A stretch of DNA of 64,000 bases from an uncultured virus (IMG/VR IMGVR_UViG_3300006868_000018) (IMGVR_UViG_3300006868_000018:1-64000); one strand, 5' to 3'; positions 18,137-28,476 are shown, counted from the stretch's first letter. Made by a program: numbers and translations. Notes: a model not told the origin generated them from the letters alone.

Positions 18137-18837
18137 AACCCAAAGTCAATACGCTTCCGCAGAAGTTACGCATTGATGATCTAAGAACCTTCGAACCAAT
18201 CACAGCCTCTCAAGAAAAAGTTTATGCGGCCTGGGATAACGGTGATCATATCGTAATGTCCGGATCTGCCGGCACAGGTAAAACCTTCAGTGCGTTATAT
18301 CTTGGACTAGAAGAAGTTCTGGATAAAGGTAAGATGCCTGACAAGATCATACTTGTTCGATCCATAGTACCTACACGAGAGATCGGTTTTCTGCCAGGCA
18401 CCTTAGAAGAAAAGATCGATGCATACACGGGTCCATACCGTGCACTGTGTTATGAACTCTTCGATGACAAAGAGGCCTATGACAAACTGATCAAAGAGGG
18501 TGTGATTGAGTTCGTCTCAACATCATTCATTCGAGGGTTCACGTTTGACGATGCCGTGATCATAATCGATGAGATGCAGAACTGTACATTTCACGAGTTG
18601 GACTCTATAATTACACGAGTGGGTCACAACTGCCGAATCATCTTTTGTGGGGACTACAGACAGACAGACTTCACCAAAGAAACCGACAAAAAAGGACTGT
18701 TAAAGTTCCTTGATGTTATAGATAATATGACTAAGTTCACTAACGTAGAGTTCACTTGGTCTGACATTGTGAGGTCAGACTTCGTAAGGGATTACATTAT
18801 GACCAAGGAAATGTTGGGATACAACAGAGAGGAATAA
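18133..18837 (+). CDS. phoH: PhoH-like ATPase
   Basis: GSAGTGKT, IGFLPG, RGFTF, IIDEMQN, GDYRQ and DIVRS motifs. Confidence 0.95.
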   Translation: MKPKVNTLPQKLRIDDLRTFEPITASQEKVYAAWDNGDHIVMSGSAGTGKTFSALYLGLEEVLDKGKMPDKIILVRSIVPTREIGFLPGTLEEKIDAYTGPYRALCYELFDDKEAYDKLIKEGVIEFVSTSFIRGFTFDDAVIIIDEMQNCTFHELDSIITRVGHNCRIIFCGDYRQTDFTKETDKKGLLKFLDVIDNMTKFTNVEFTWSDIVRSDFVRDYIMTKEMLGYNREE

Positions 18838-18841
18838 GGAA

Positions 18842-19342
18842 ATGCAACTTAGCGCGAACTTTGTATTGGCGGAATTCACAAAATCAGCCACTGCAACAAA
18901 AAAAGGGATTGACAACACCCCTCAAGACGAACACCTTGAAAACCTAAAATACGTTGTCCAGAATATCTGTCAACCAGTGCGTGAGGCATTTGGTAGACCA
19001 GTACGTATCAACAGTGGATATAGATCCCCCGCACTGAACAAAGCGGTTGGTGGTTCTAAAACATCACAACACTGTAACGGACAAGCCGTTGACTTTGAGA
19101 TCAACGGTGTTGCCAATCTTGCACTCGCAGATTGGATCAGTGAGAATTTGACTTTCGATCAACTCATCCTAGAATTCTATAACCCTGATGAGGGTGAGAA
19201 CTCTGGTTGGGTTCACGCTTCGGTCAGATCGGATGGTCAAAATAGAGGTCAAAAACTTATTGCGTTCAAGGACGGGAGACGTACCCGTTACGAGGTGGTA
19301 GATGATTTTGACCCTGACAATAACTACGACAAGTATCTCTGA
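18842..19342 (+). CDS. Peptidase M15A (Zn D-Ala-D-Ala peptidase fold), putative endolysin
   Basis: INSGYRSPALN..VGGSKTSQH..GQAVD...WVHAS. Confidence 0.85.
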   Translation: MQLSANFVLAEFTKSATATKKGIDNTPQDEHLENLKYVVQNICQPVREAFGRPVRINSGYRSPALNKAVGGSKTSQHCNGQAVDFEINGVANLALADWISENLTFDQLILEFYNPDEGENSGWVHASVRSDGQNRGQKLIAFKDGRRTRYEVVDDFDPDNNYDKYL

Positions 19343-19359
19343 TATATAAAGGGGTGAAC

Positions 19360-19509
19360 ATGGCGAAGTTCAGTCGGCATGACACTAGAAACAAAAAACG
19401 TAACAGACATAAGAATCTAACCAAGAGTGGATTCGTGGGAAAGATGCATCATGACTTCAGGCGAAAACCCAAATACAAATCTGATATTTCAGTATCTAGT
19501 TATAAATGA
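19360..19509 (+). CDS. 49 aa very basic microprotein (below the ORF-track cutoff)
   Basis: MAKFSRHDTRNKKRNRHK...; GGGGTG RBS; overlaps the start of the next gene. Confidence 0.5.
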   Translation: MAKFSRHDTRNKKRNRHKNLTKSGFVGKMHHDFRRKPKYKSDISVSSYK

Positions 19510-20308
19510 TGACCTAGACGAAAAACGGGGAGATATCCAAGGTAGATCACGATCACAACTGTATCGTGAGATGGCAGATATCTCCCGCGAGTCATTTGAG
19601 ATTTACGCCAAAACTGTTGGCGCTGATTACCTTTACTCTGATGAAGCGGTGTTCACCAAAGAAGAATATGTACGGGACACTACCGTGTGTCTGTTCGAGT
19701 GTCTTCGAGTAATCTACGATGAGTCGTTCGACAAGTATGACAAGGTTCTCTTTGTCGATACTGACATTGTAGCGAACACCGAACGAAACATCTTCGAAGA
19801 GGCTGATGGTGAAGTCTCTGGTGTACTAGAGTCTGATATTCGAACTGCTAACGGTGGTGGATATAATGCATGGGACCACAAGGAATCTACTCTTCGAGAT
19901 TACGTAGAGAAGTATGAGTGGCATGACGTACCCATAGTACCCGCCTTCGGAGTAATCCCTTCCAAACTAACAATCATGAATACCGGAGTAGTTGTCTGGA
20001 CACGCGAGGCGCGTATACGTGCGCGAGAGGTCTTTGACGATTGGAAGTGGTGGTTCTTTGAGGGTCCGGTTAAACACATGTCAATCATGAATGATCAACC
20101 TTATATCTCAGGCCAACTGGTGAAACACGATTTCGATATCGGTTGTATGGATCAGTTCTGGAACGACACACCAACACACTACTCCGATCCTTGGGGTGAG
20201 GAAGCCATGTCTGCTGGGTTTCTTCACTACACTGGTGGCGAGAATAAGATCGTCATGGTGGACGGTTACAGGGAAAAAAAGTTTCCTATTTTTGAAAAAA
20301 GTTCTTGA
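19451..20308 (+). CDS. Glycosyltransferase, GT-A fold (GT8-like)
   Basis: LFVDTD (DxD), NTGVVVW, NDQ and HYTGG motifs. Confidence 0.8.
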   Translation: MTSGENPNTNLIFQYLVINDDLDEKRGDIQGRSRSQLYREMADISRESFEIYAKTVGADYLYSDEAVFTKEEYVRDTTVCLFECLRVIYDESFDKYDKVLFVDTDIVANTERNIFEEADGEVSGVLESDIRTANGGGYNAWDHKESTLRDYVEKYEWHDVPIVPAFGVIPSKLTIMNTGVVVWTREARIRAREVFDDWKWWFFEGPVKHMSIMNDQPYISGQLVKHDFDIGCMDQFWNDTPTHYSDPWGEEAMSAGFLHYTGGENKIVMVDGYREKKFPIFEKSS

Positions 20309-20333
20309 CATTTCTTGCCTGATCAGTTATAGT
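20305..20333 (+). promoter_or_regulatory. Phage early promoter, repeat class A
   Basis: GAAAAAAGTTC + TTGACATTTCTTGCC; 17 nt spacer to TATAGT. Confidence 0.85.
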
Positions 20334-20355
20334 GTAACTGAATTAAGGAACTGTT

Positions 20356-20937
20356 ATGAAAACAGATTATGAAAAAGTGATTCTGACTGATGTTGATGGA
20401 GTACTCCTTAACTGGGGTTACGCCTTCGATATCTGGATGAATCAACATGGTTATGAAATGAAAAATCGGGATGTCTATGACATCGCTCAGTGTTACGGTA
20501 TCTCTAAAACTAAGGGTAAGGAACTGGTAAAACACTTCAATGAGAGTGCGGCGATTGGTTTCATTCCCCCTCTCAGGGACGCAATCCACTACGTGAGAAA
20601 GTTACACGAAGAACACGGATATGTGTTTCACGCAATTACCAGTCTGAGTCTTGATCCCCACGCTGCAAAGTTGCGGGAGATGAATCTCGCAAAGTTGTTT
20701 GGTGAGACTGCGTTTGAAAAGGTTGTCTGCCTCGATACTGGTGCGGACAAAGACGAAGAACTTGTGAAGTACAAGGATACTGGTTTCGTCTGGATTGAAG
20801 ACAAAATCGAGAATGCCCATGTAGGAGATAAATTCGGTCTAGATAGTATCGTCATGGAACATGGTTACAATATGAACGACTACACGTTTCCTCTGATGAA
20901 AAACTGGAAAGAGGTATATGAATACCTAGAGGGTTGA
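20356..20937 (+). CDS. HAD-superfamily phosphatase (T4 30.2 / 5'-nucleotidase-like)
   Basis: ILTDVDGVLLNW and WIEDK motifs. Confidence 0.8.
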   Translation: MKTDYEKVILTDVDGVLLNWGYAFDIWMNQHGYEMKNRDVYDIAQCYGISKTKGKELVKHFNESAAIGFIPPLRDAIHYVRKLHEEHGYVFHAITSLSLDPHAAKLREMNLAKLFGETAFEKVVCLDTGADKDEELVKYKDTGFVWIEDKIENAHVGDKFGLDSIVMEHGYNMNDYTFPLMKNWKEVYEYLEG

Positions 20938-22434
20938 ATGAGATACATAGGATTCTCTGAGTTCTATCATGATGCGGGAGTCAGTGTCATCGAAGAAGAT
21001 GGCACTGTCTCCTATGCAACACATGCAGAACGATGGTCTAAGAAAAAGAATGATGCGATAATCCCACCTGAGTTGTGGGATTTTGTAGGCCAAGAAAAAG
21101 GTGATGTGGTCACCTTTTATGAGGACCACCACATCAAGTATAACGTTCGTGGTGGTTTGGCGGTAGAACCTAAGTTAGACAATTACAAAAAAGAACTCCA
21201 TTACCACCACAAGATCCCTGTGTATGAGTCTCTTGTGTATGACAAGAAAGAACTACATCACACATCCCATTGTGCGGGTGCATTCTATACACGCCCTTGG
21301 CAGTCAATAGAAGATACCGTAATGGTGTCGATTGATGGTGCTGGAGAAGTCCAGACTGGGGTCATCCTAGATCACAACTTCAATCTAATCAAAGAGTGGC
21401 ACTACCCTAAGTCCGTTGGGTTAATCTATGCAATGGTCACTGAGTTTCTTGGTCTGAGACCTCTAGAGGACGAATACGTGGTCATGGGATTATCATCCTA
21501 TGGTGAACCCGTATTCGCCGACTGGTTGTACGAACAATATCACAAGTTCTCTGATATCGCAAAGGAGATAGAAGAGGGTACTCTCATTGGGGTCAGTCAT
21601 TCGGATAGAGAGAAACGAAGAAAGGTTTTCCGTAAGGAACTAAAATGGAAGTGTTACAACAACAAGGACCAAGACTCCGCTGCATCTGTACAGGAGTTTG
21701 CGGAACGTGCAATCCTTGAGATCATGCGTGAGGCGCGTAAACACGGATCTAAGTTAGTCTACTCTGGTGGATGTGCACAGAACGTTGTTACGAACTCTAA
21801 GATCGCAGAATTGTTTGATGAGGTTCACATTGCAATCGCTCCCGCAGACTCAGGGTCTTCTCTGGGGTGCGCCGCAAAAACGTGGGCGGATGAGACCGGA
21901 GGAACTCATCTTCGTTGGAACCCTTACTTAGGAACCAACATTGACCGTGAGATTAACCCGTCCGATGTTGTTGACCACTTATTGTCAGAACAATACTGTG
22001 GTATCGCAAACGGTAGATCAGAGTTTGGTCCACGTGCACTGGGTAACAGATCCTTGATTGCAGACGTTCGGTTTGATGTCAAGGATACGGTCAACGCAAT
22101 CAAACGGAGACAGAAGTATCGTCCATTTGCTCCTGCGATTCTCGAAGAGTATGCGGACCAATATTTCTCTGGTCCGATGAATGAGTACATGCAATTTACC
22201 AGTAAGGCATTACATGACTACAAGTCGGTGACCCATGTAGATGGAACCGCAAGGGTACAGGTTGTCCGTAAGGATTGTCAATCTATATTCCGTAAAATTA
22301 TTGAAGAGTACTATGAACGCACTGGTGTCCCTATGCTCTTGAATACTAGTCTTAACGTTAGGGGTAGACCTATGGTCGATGATCTTCGAGACGCTAAGAT
22401 TTGGGAAAGTACATATAACGTAAGGGTATTTTAA
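20938..22434 (+). CDS. Carbamoyltransferase (NodU/CmcH family)
   Basis: YHDAG, HHTSH, SIDGAGE, VMGLSSYG, GGCAQN, EFGPRALGNRS, RPFAP, HVDGTARVQ and LNTSLN motifs. Confidence 0.92.
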   Translation: MRYIGFSEFYHDAGVSVIEEDGTVSYATHAERWSKKKNDAIIPPELWDFVGQEKGDVVTFYEDHHIKYNVRGGLAVEPKLDNYKKELHYHHKIPVYESLVYDKKELHHTSHCAGAFYTRPWQSIEDTVMVSIDGAGEVQTGVILDHNFNLIKEWHYPKSVGLIYAMVTEFLGLRPLEDEYVVMGLSSYGEPVFADWLYEQYHKFSDIAKEIEEGTLIGVSHSDREKRRKVFRKELKWKCYNNKDQDSAASVQEFAERAILEIMREARKHGSKLVYSGGCAQNVVTNSKIAELFDEVHIAIAPADSGSSLGCAAKTWADETGGTHLRWNPYLGTNIDREINPSDVVDHLLSEQYCGIANGRSEFGPRALGNRSLIADVRFDVKDTVNAIKRRQKYRPFAPAILEEYADQYFSGPMNEYMQFTSKALHDYKSVTHVDGTARVQVVRKDCQSIFRKIIEEYYERTGVPMLLNTSLNVRGRPMVDDLRDAKIWESTYNVRVF

Positions 22435-22435
22435 T

Positions 22436-22783
22436 ATGAAGGCAGGTAAAGTTTGGGGTCAGACGGAACTGATCGAAGCGAACGGTGTACTAGAGTTTCA
22501 TCGTATCGAAATGAAGAAGGGTGGTGTGTGTTCCAAACACAAACACAAGTATAAGTGGAACGGGTTCTTCTGTGAGTCCGGAGAACTACTCATTCGAGTG
22601 TGGAAGAACGCATATGATCTTGTTGATGAAACAATTCTCAAGCCCGGACAGTATACCAAGGTTGCGCCAGGCGAGTTTCACCAGTTCGAATGTTTGAAGG
22701 ATGGTGTCGCCTATGAATTGTACTGGGCGGAGTTCAACCATGATGATATTGAAAGAGAGTCCGTAGGGTTCCAACAGGTATAA
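22436..22783 (+). CDS. Cupin protein
   Basis: KVWG, SKHKH and PGEFHQF motifs. Confidence 0.8.
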   Translation: MKAGKVWGQTELIEANGVLEFHRIEMKKGGVCSKHKHKYKWNGFFCESGELLIRVWKNAYDLVDETILKPGQYTKVAPGEFHQFECLKDGVAYELYWAEFNHDDIERESVGFQQV

Positions 22784-22789
22784 AATATT

Positions 22790-23113
22790 ATGAAATTCAA
22801 AAGTTCAAGTATTGAAGGAACGGTTGTAAAAAATGATGATCGTTACATTGTAAAGGATAACACAACACTAAAAAATCTTGTTGTTAGTTCAACAAGATTA
22901 AATCCACGCAAAAGCACAAGTGGACACAAGCACGAAGGACAGGAAGAAGTTTACATGTTTCTTGAAGGCAGTGGCACTATGGAACTGGATGATGTAACTC
23001 ATAATGTTGAAGCAGGCGACACTGTGTTAATTGAGGACGGTGTGTTTCATCGTGTTCATGCAGGCAATGAAGAATTGTATTTTGTATGCGTGTTTGATGG
23101 AAGTAGAAAGTAA
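22790..23113 (+). CDS. Cupin_2 protein
   Basis: GHKHEGQEEVYMFLEGSG...AGD.VLI..GVFHRV. Confidence 0.85.
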   Translation: MKFKSSSIEGTVVKNDDRYIVKDNTTLKNLVVSSTRLNPRKSTSGHKHEGQEEVYMFLEGSGTMELDDVTHNVEAGDTVLIEDGVFHRVHAGNEELYFVCVFDGSRK

Positions 23114-23125
23114 CGAGACAAACGG

Positions 23126-23133
23126 TATAAATA
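23126..23133 (+). promoter_or_regulatory. T4-type late promoter TATAAATA
   Basis: Exact consensus upstream of ATG 23164. Confidence 0.8.
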
Positions 23134-23163
23134 CTTCCGACAATAACAATAAGAGAGGTAACC

Positions 23164-23502
23164 ATGTCGGAAGAAAAACAAACCTTAACTGTCGATAAGG
23201 ACAGTGATCTCAGTACAGCAGATTTGAATGGTGATGGTCACATCTCTAATGAAGAGTTGTCGATGCACCTTGAGTTCAAGAGAAGAGAACTCGAAGACAA
23301 AGACGCACAGAGAGACGCCATTCGTAAGATGGCTTGGTTCTCCCTGTTCGGACTTTTAGTCTATCCGTTAGGTATTGTAATCACTGCGGTTCTGGGTCTA
23401 GAAAAGGCTGCCGAACTTATTGCAGATATTGCACCTACCTACTTTGCATCGATTGCGGTTCTGGTGGCAGCGTTCTTCGGAGCAGACGCCTACAAGAAAT
23501 AG
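23164..23502 (+). CDS. Membrane protein with an EF-hand-like loop and two TM helices (holin-like candidate)
   Basis: DLNGDGHISNEE; two hydrophobic segments; late promoter. Confidence 0.65.
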   Translation: MSEEKQTLTVDKDSDLSTADLNGDGHISNEELSMHLEFKRRELEDKDAQRDAIRKMAWFSLFGLLVYPLGIVITAVLGLEKAAELIADIAPTYFASIAVLVAAFFGADAYKK

Positions 23503-23517
23503 ATAAGTACCTTTATT

Positions 23518-24384
23518 ATGAGAAAAGTTTCGTGGAGAGGTACGCCAGGCGTTGGAGATTTTATGTGGGCACTTAACTGTGCACACAACTACTCCTATGA
23601 ATTCAAAGAAACAGTAGACCTCACCTTCCATTGGGAACACGGTGAGGACTACCTTCATCACTTCGAAGATCCCGAAACCATAATCGAAAGACTCGAATAC
23701 ATTCACAACTTCTATCACCGGAAAGAGGATGTGGTGGTAAACCACGTCTTCAACTCAACAGATCCCATGTACTCCTCTTGGAAATTTTCTGATGATGTGA
23801 TCCAGAAAGATGGTGAACACAAACCAACCATAGTCGCCAAGGGGACAGAGAAAAAACGGTTCTGGTTCGAAGACGGTTGGTTTAATGACGAGAAGGGGAG
23901 GACACTACCCTACAACGACTGGGCGTTCAGACAAGACAGTTTTCTCCCAAAAGACGATAACAAGATAGTTGTCTGGACTCCTATCCTAAATGCAGAAACA
24001 CCAAGAACTTGGAAAAGACTCTTGCCAAACCGTGAATGGTATGGTATAATAAATCTACTTCGCCGCTCAGGGTTCAATGTAGTAGAGTTGTCTTATCGTA
24101 CTCCGGTAAGAGAGGCGATGTACCATATCTCTAACTGTAGACTAGTGTTCTGTTATGATGGTATGTGGCATTACATTGCAAGGAACTTCTTTAAACCCAT
24201 GATTGTGATGAGTGATCAGGGTGTGACTACATACCACACCCCTCAGGCTCAGAAGTTATCTCCGAATAAGGACGATAAGAGAAAGAATATATACGAGATG
24301 AAAAAGAACATGAACGAGTTTCTGGGTCTTCCGAAGAAGAGGGCCGTTGAATTTCAGAAAGCGATGCAGTGGATCTATGACTGA
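23518..24384 (+). CDS. Glycosyltransferase, GT-B fold (GT9/heptosyltransferase-like)
   Basis: PGVGDFMWAL N-terminus and CYDGMWHYIA C-terminal motif. Confidence 0.6.
   Translation: MRKVSWRGTPGVGDFMWALNCAHNYSYEFKETVDLTFHWEHGEDYLHHFEDPETIIERLEYIHNFYHRKEDVVVNHVFNSTDPMYSSWKFSDDVIQKDGEHKPTIVAKGTEKKRFWFEDGWFNDEKGRTLPYNDWAFRQDSFLPKDDNKIVVWTPILNAETPRTWKRLLPNREWYGIINLLRRSGFNVVELSYRTPVREAMYHISNCRLVFCYDGMWHYIARNFFKPMIVMSDQGVTTYHTPQAQKLSPNKDDKRKNIYEMKKNMNEFLGLPKKRAVEFQKAMQWIYD
24022..24050 (+). promoter_or_regulatory. Internal sigma70-type promoter upstream of the radical SAM gene
   Basis: TTGCCA-N17-TATAAT with an extended -10 TG. Confidence 0.5.
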
Positions 24385-25360
24385 TATTAAAATAGACAGA
24401 GCGGTTATTGAGGTTCAGGGTGCCTGTAACTTTGACTGTACCATGTGTCCCCAAGACAAACGTGCGGGAGGTAGACACAAGGGGTTCCTAACCAAGATGA
24501 GTCTTCTAGAGTTTGAAGACAACGTGTATGACTGTGTACAACACGGACTTCGAGTAGTGAACCTAGATGGTTCTGGTGAGGCGACGATTAATCGTAACCT
24601 ACCCGAATACATCAAGATCGTTAAGAAGTATAACGCACAGGCGATTATCTTCTCGAACGGTTTTCGTATGCGTGGTCAGTTCATGAGAGATTGCGTAGAC
24701 GCTGGTCTCGATTTCTTTCGGTTCTCTTTCATTGGACCAACACCCGAACTCTACGATAAGTGGATGCACAACACACGGGGAAGTTCATACGAACTGATCA
24801 AACAAAACGTCAAAGAGATGAAGGAGTACGTCGATCAAACTGGTAGCGGTTGTGTTGTGGAGACCTATCACTTGATCACAGACAACGATAACCTAGAATG
24901 GGAACTAGATAAGTACAAAGAACTAGTCGAAGAACTTGGTGTCAAAACAGAAATTTGGAAGATGCATAACTGGTCTGGTGCTTGGGACATTGGAAAGAAT
25001 GCACGAAAAGGTGAGGTAAAAACTTGTGGAAGGCCTTTTAGTCCTGACGTTGTTATCCGTGCTGGCGGTCTTGATGGTCAACGGGGTGCTGTTCATCCTT
25101 GTTGCCAAGTCCTTGGTAGAGACGAAGAAGCCGTCCTTGGACACACCAGTCAAAACACAATCGAAGAGATTATTCGGGGAGAAGAGTACTCTGCGTTGAG
25201 ACAGGCTCATCGTACTGGAGACTATCCCGATTACTGTAAGTCCTGTGATTTCTTATTAGATGATCCAGAGGTGCTCGTGTATACAAATCACGATAGAGAC
25301 CTATACAAGATGATCGGGACTGAATTTGATCTAAACGACTATCGGGAGGTAGTAGAATGA
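24377..25360 (+). CDS. Radical SAM enzyme with SPASM/twitch domain
   Basis: CNFDCTMC (CxxxCxxC), GSGE, and C-terminal C..PF...HPCC...CKSC. Confidence 0.9.
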   Translation: MTDIKIDRAVIEVQGACNFDCTMCPQDKRAGGRHKGFLTKMSLLEFEDNVYDCVQHGLRVVNLDGSGEATINRNLPEYIKIVKKYNAQAIIFSNGFRMRGQFMRDCVDAGLDFFRFSFIGPTPELYDKWMHNTRGSSYELIKQNVKEMKEYVDQTGSGCVVETYHLITDNDNLEWELDKYKELVEELGVKTEIWKMHNWSGAWDIGKNARKGEVKTCGRPFSPDVVIRAGGLDGQRGAVHPCCQVLGRDEEAVLGHTSQNTIEEIIRGEEYSALRQAHRTGDYPDYCKSCDFLLDDPEVLVYTNHDRDLYKMIGTEFDLNDYREVVE

Positions 25361-25587
25361 AATCAATAGTTAAGTGGTTTAAAGATTTGTTTTTAGAAGA
25401 GTTTGAGGTCACTATCTGGTTCAAGGGTGGTACAGAATACAGTCCGTCAGAGTTTAAACGGGACTGGCGTATGAAGAAGATCATTACCAAGAAACAAACT
25501 CACTTTGTTGGTATTGATATTGACGGTAACATGGTTGAAATCAAAACAACAACCCCATTTGATTATAGGATTAGGAAGATACATTGA
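25357..25587 (+). CDS. Hypothetical protein
   Basis: GGAGG RBS; coupled to neighbours. Confidence 0.65.
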   Translation: MKSIVKWFKDLFLEEFEVTIWFKGGTEYSPSEFKRDWRMKKIITKKQTHFVGIDIDGNMVEIKTTTPFDYRIRKIH

Positions 25588-26369
25588 GACGTTTAATATA
25601 TCAGGTAGCGGTAGGTAAACCCTCTCAACTTTACGAACACTGTATTAAGAGTGTCTCGAACTACTGTAAGTATCATGGAATTGGTCACATAGTACAGAGA
25701 CAACCGATATTTCGTATTGCTCCCGATCCCTTTAACATGGGTCGATCCCGCGAGTCCTTCGAGAAGTACGGTGGTTACCTACCTATCTTTGAGAAAGAGG
25801 TTGCGTTCAATTATCTGGATGAGTATGACCAGATCGCAATCGTGGATGCTGACATCTACATCCGTCCTAACTCCCCCAATATCTTCGAAGACTTTGGGAC
25901 AGACAGGGCGTTCGGTGCGGTCATCGAACGGGAGATGCCTATCAGGAGTTGGTACATCGACAAGATAATCAACTACTCTCGTATGCAGTACGGACAACTC
26001 CACAACAACAAAGTTGATTTCAAACCAACAGCGGCAGGGTTCGAGTATGCGAACATGGGGTTGATCCTACTCAACAGTGAGAAGTTTAAACCTTTCCTCA
26101 AGGGGCAGACAGGTAAACAGTTTCTCGAACGTGCAGAGTTCAAGAACTTTGTTGATGGTGTGGGCCCTTGGAAGTGGAGTACAGATCAAACACTACTAAA
26201 CTACTTTGTTAAGAAGTACAACGTTCCTTTCAGGAAAATGCACTGGAAGTGGAACGGTCTATACACCGCAAATGACAAGATAGAAGATTGTCACTTCGTC
26301 CATTTCTTCCTGAAGGATAAACTACCTAATCAGGGAGAGGATGTTGTGGAATTGATGAATCGGATATGA
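25584..26369 (+). CDS. Glycosyltransferase, GT-A fold (GT8-like)
   Basis: IVDADIY, NMGL, TDQTLLN, WKWNG and FVHFF motifs; TTG start. Confidence 0.8.
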   Translation: MRRLIYQVAVGKPSQLYEHCIKSVSNYCKYHGIGHIVQRQPIFRIAPDPFNMGRSRESFEKYGGYLPIFEKEVAFNYLDEYDQIAIVDADIYIRPNSPNIFEDFGTDRAFGAVIEREMPIRSWYIDKIINYSRMQYGQLHNNKVDFKPTAAGFEYANMGLILLNSEKFKPFLKGQTGKQFLERAEFKNFVDGVGPWKWSTDQTLLNYFVKKYNVPFRKMHWKWNGLYTANDKIEDCHFVHFFLKDKLPNQGEDVVELMNRI

Positions 26370-27160
26370 AACCCAAAGTAGCGATGGGGTTGTGTTACCC
26401 TTCGGGTTCGGGTGGCATGTTCCTTACGGAATTGATCTACCCAACCACGGATGATAAGTCCGGTAAGTACGAGACTAATCCAGGCTGTAACCGTTCCGTA
26501 TCTCACAATGAGTATGGTGGTGCACAAGAGTGTGTCTTCGTTGATAACACCGATGGACCCCTTGAGGCGAACGAGAAGTCTATCCTTGTTGCGAAGTTAA
26601 ATATCCACAAGTATCTACCGTTCTATGACTGTCCGATTACATATCAGATAGATGTACAGGACGATGAGTCCTACGCATTTACGCAAGAACTCTTCTTCTT
26701 AAAAAAATACCTTGGGGGGTATCCTCAGTACGAAGAAGAGTTTAAGGACGTATTCCAAGAGTCTGGACTGTCTGAACTGTTGTCTGAATTCAAGAGTATA
26801 CATCCCTATTCAAAGATCGCCACGGATCTCTATCGAATGTACCTAGAAGTAGGTCAGATAAACAGAGATATGGTGTTGAGTCAATGCAGAACAATTTATT
26901 CAGAATACCTTGACAGGGGACAAAAATCAAGGTATAATAAGAAAGAACGTTGGGACAGGGATACTAATATTGATCGTAGTGCGTTGTATGATCCAGAAGA
27001 GATAAAGAAGCACACGCACCTAGAGGTGATCAGTTATGCCGATCTGTTTCTAAACGGTAAACAGACTTGGACAATCTGGGATAGTTACCTAGAGGAGATA
27101 GGAGAGTACACAGAAAGAAACTGGAGACTCATCGAACAGTTTGAGGACGAATTCTTATAA
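26366..27160 (+). CDS. Hypothetical protein, sulfotransferase-like P-loop candidate
   Basis: N-terminal YPSGSGGMFL and C-terminal ISYADLF. Confidence 0.45.
   Translation: MKPKVAMGLCYPSGSGGMFLTELIYPTTDDKSGKYETNPGCNRSVSHNEYGGAQECVFVDNTDGPLEANEKSILVAKLNIHKYLPFYDCPITYQIDVQDDESYAFTQELFFLKKYLGGYPQYEEEFKDVFQESGLSELLSEFKSIHPYSKIATDLYRMYLEVGQINRDMVLSQCRTIYSEYLDRGQKSRYNKKERWDRDTNIDRSALYDPEEIKKHTHLEVISYADLFLNGKQTWTIWDSYLEEIGEYTERNWRLIEQFEDEFL
26910..26938 (+). promoter_or_regulatory. Internal sigma70 consensus promoter
   Basis: TTGACA-N17-TATAAT about 270 nt upstream of ORF 27211. Confidence 0.65.
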
Positions 27161-27163
27161 ATA
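27156..27163 (+). promoter_or_regulatory. T4-type late promoter TATAAATA
   Basis: Exact consensus upstream of ATG 27211 (AGGAGA RBS). Confidence 0.8.
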
Positions 27164-27210
27164 AAGAAGGTGAACATCTATATTAAAAGAGTGATTAACA
27201 GGAGAACCTT

Positions 27211-27909
27211 ATGTTAGAACCACAAGAGTTTGTGAAGAAAATTCGCAACGAAAACCAAGCCCTCTTCGAGGCGTCTAAGATGAATGTCAAGGCGTACTTC
27301 GAAGGTGACCTTTCCGAAGAGGAAATGGTCGATCACTTCATTGGTCGCATGGTCAATGAACGTATGAACATGTCTGAGATTTCTATGCAGATCGCAAATG
27401 CAGCGGATGACGCAGACCCCAAAGAATTAGAACTTCTTTCTAAACAAGCCGCAGACGAGGCGAAACACTATCGCATGGTCAAGGAAGTTATCGAACACAT
27501 CTCTGGTGAGGAGATCGATGCAGCCTCTGCAATCCGCAAGGAACGTGAGATGGATACCGCAAAGGGTGCGACTCTGTTAGAGAAGTATGGTGCAGAGAAT
27601 GACGAAGCAGTTCTCGCCGCGTATCAGTTGGTTGCGGAAGGACGTGCGGAAGCAGTCTGGAACCAGATGGCAGACACCATCGAAGACTCATTCATTTCAA
27701 GTCGTTATCGTGAGATCGCAAAGGACGAAGGTTTCCACAGTGCAATCGGTGGATACAAACTACGCAAGGTTGCAACAGACGAAGAGACACAGAACCGTGT
27801 CCAACGTGTTGTTGAAGGTATGCGTAAAGACCTTTTTGAAATCTCGTGTGCAAACACAGTTGAAGCGACTGGATCACGTGAACTCGTAAACGAAGCTTAC
27901 GGTTGGTAA
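27211..27909 (+). CDS. Ferritin-like di-iron protein
   Basis: Helical sequence with E...DEAKH...E...DEGFH di-iron ligand pattern. Confidence 0.75.
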   Translation: MLEPQEFVKKIRNENQALFEASKMNVKAYFEGDLSEEEMVDHFIGRMVNERMNMSEISMQIANAADDADPKELELLSKQAADEAKHYRMVKEVIEHISGEEIDAASAIRKEREMDTAKGATLLEKYGAENDEAVLAAYQLVAEGRAEAVWNQMADTIEDSFISSRYREIAKDEGFHSAIGGYKLRKVATDEETQNRVQRVVEGMRKDLFEISCANTVEATGSRELVNEAYGW

Positions 27910-27912
27910 ATC

Positions 27913-28476
27913 ATGAAAATTGGACTCACTCAACGAGTCCTCACGTTTCCTAACACTGGAATAGTTCATGACGCTTTAGAACATGGTTGGTACAAGTTCC
28001 TAAAGGGTCATGAACTCATTCCTATCCCAAATCGTGAAGACTTAGATTATGAAACCCTCTCAGACGAATTGGATCTACTCATCATAACAGGTGGGCGGAA
28101 CGACGATATTCGTATCATCACAGAAGTAGGGATCGCCACAGAGATGGTGACCGAAGGTAAACCCGTACTTGGTATTTGTCACGGGGCGTTTCTACTCACC
28201 TCAATTCTGGGTGGATACGTCGAAGGTGATAAAATTAAGGAACAACACTACATAACAGAACACAACGTTTTTTATGATGGAAGACCTTACTGGGTCAATA
28301 GTTATCACGATATCTGGATTGCAGAACCACCGCCCGGATCTGTAGTACTTGCAACTGATCCAGAGGGAGACTGTGAATCGTGGTATAAAAACAACATTGG
28401 TGCGATAGTATGGCATCCAGAAAGAATGGAGAAACCCTTCATTCCGACAGAGATTTTAGAGGTGACAGGATTATGA
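27913..28476 (+). CDS. Class I glutamine amidotransferase / peptidase C26 (gamma-glutamyl hydrolase)
   Basis: IGLTQR, ITGG.D, LGICHG (Cys nucleophile), VNSYH and WHPER motifs. Confidence 0.85.
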   Translation: MKIGLTQRVLTFPNTGIVHDALEHGWYKFLKGHELIPIPNREDLDYETLSDELDLLIITGGRNDDIRIITEVGIATEMVTEGKPVLGICHGAFLLTSILGGYVEGDKIKEQHYITEHNVFYDGRPYWVNSYHDIWIAEPPPGSVVLATDPEGDCESWYKNNIGAIVWHPERMEKPFIPTEILEVTGL

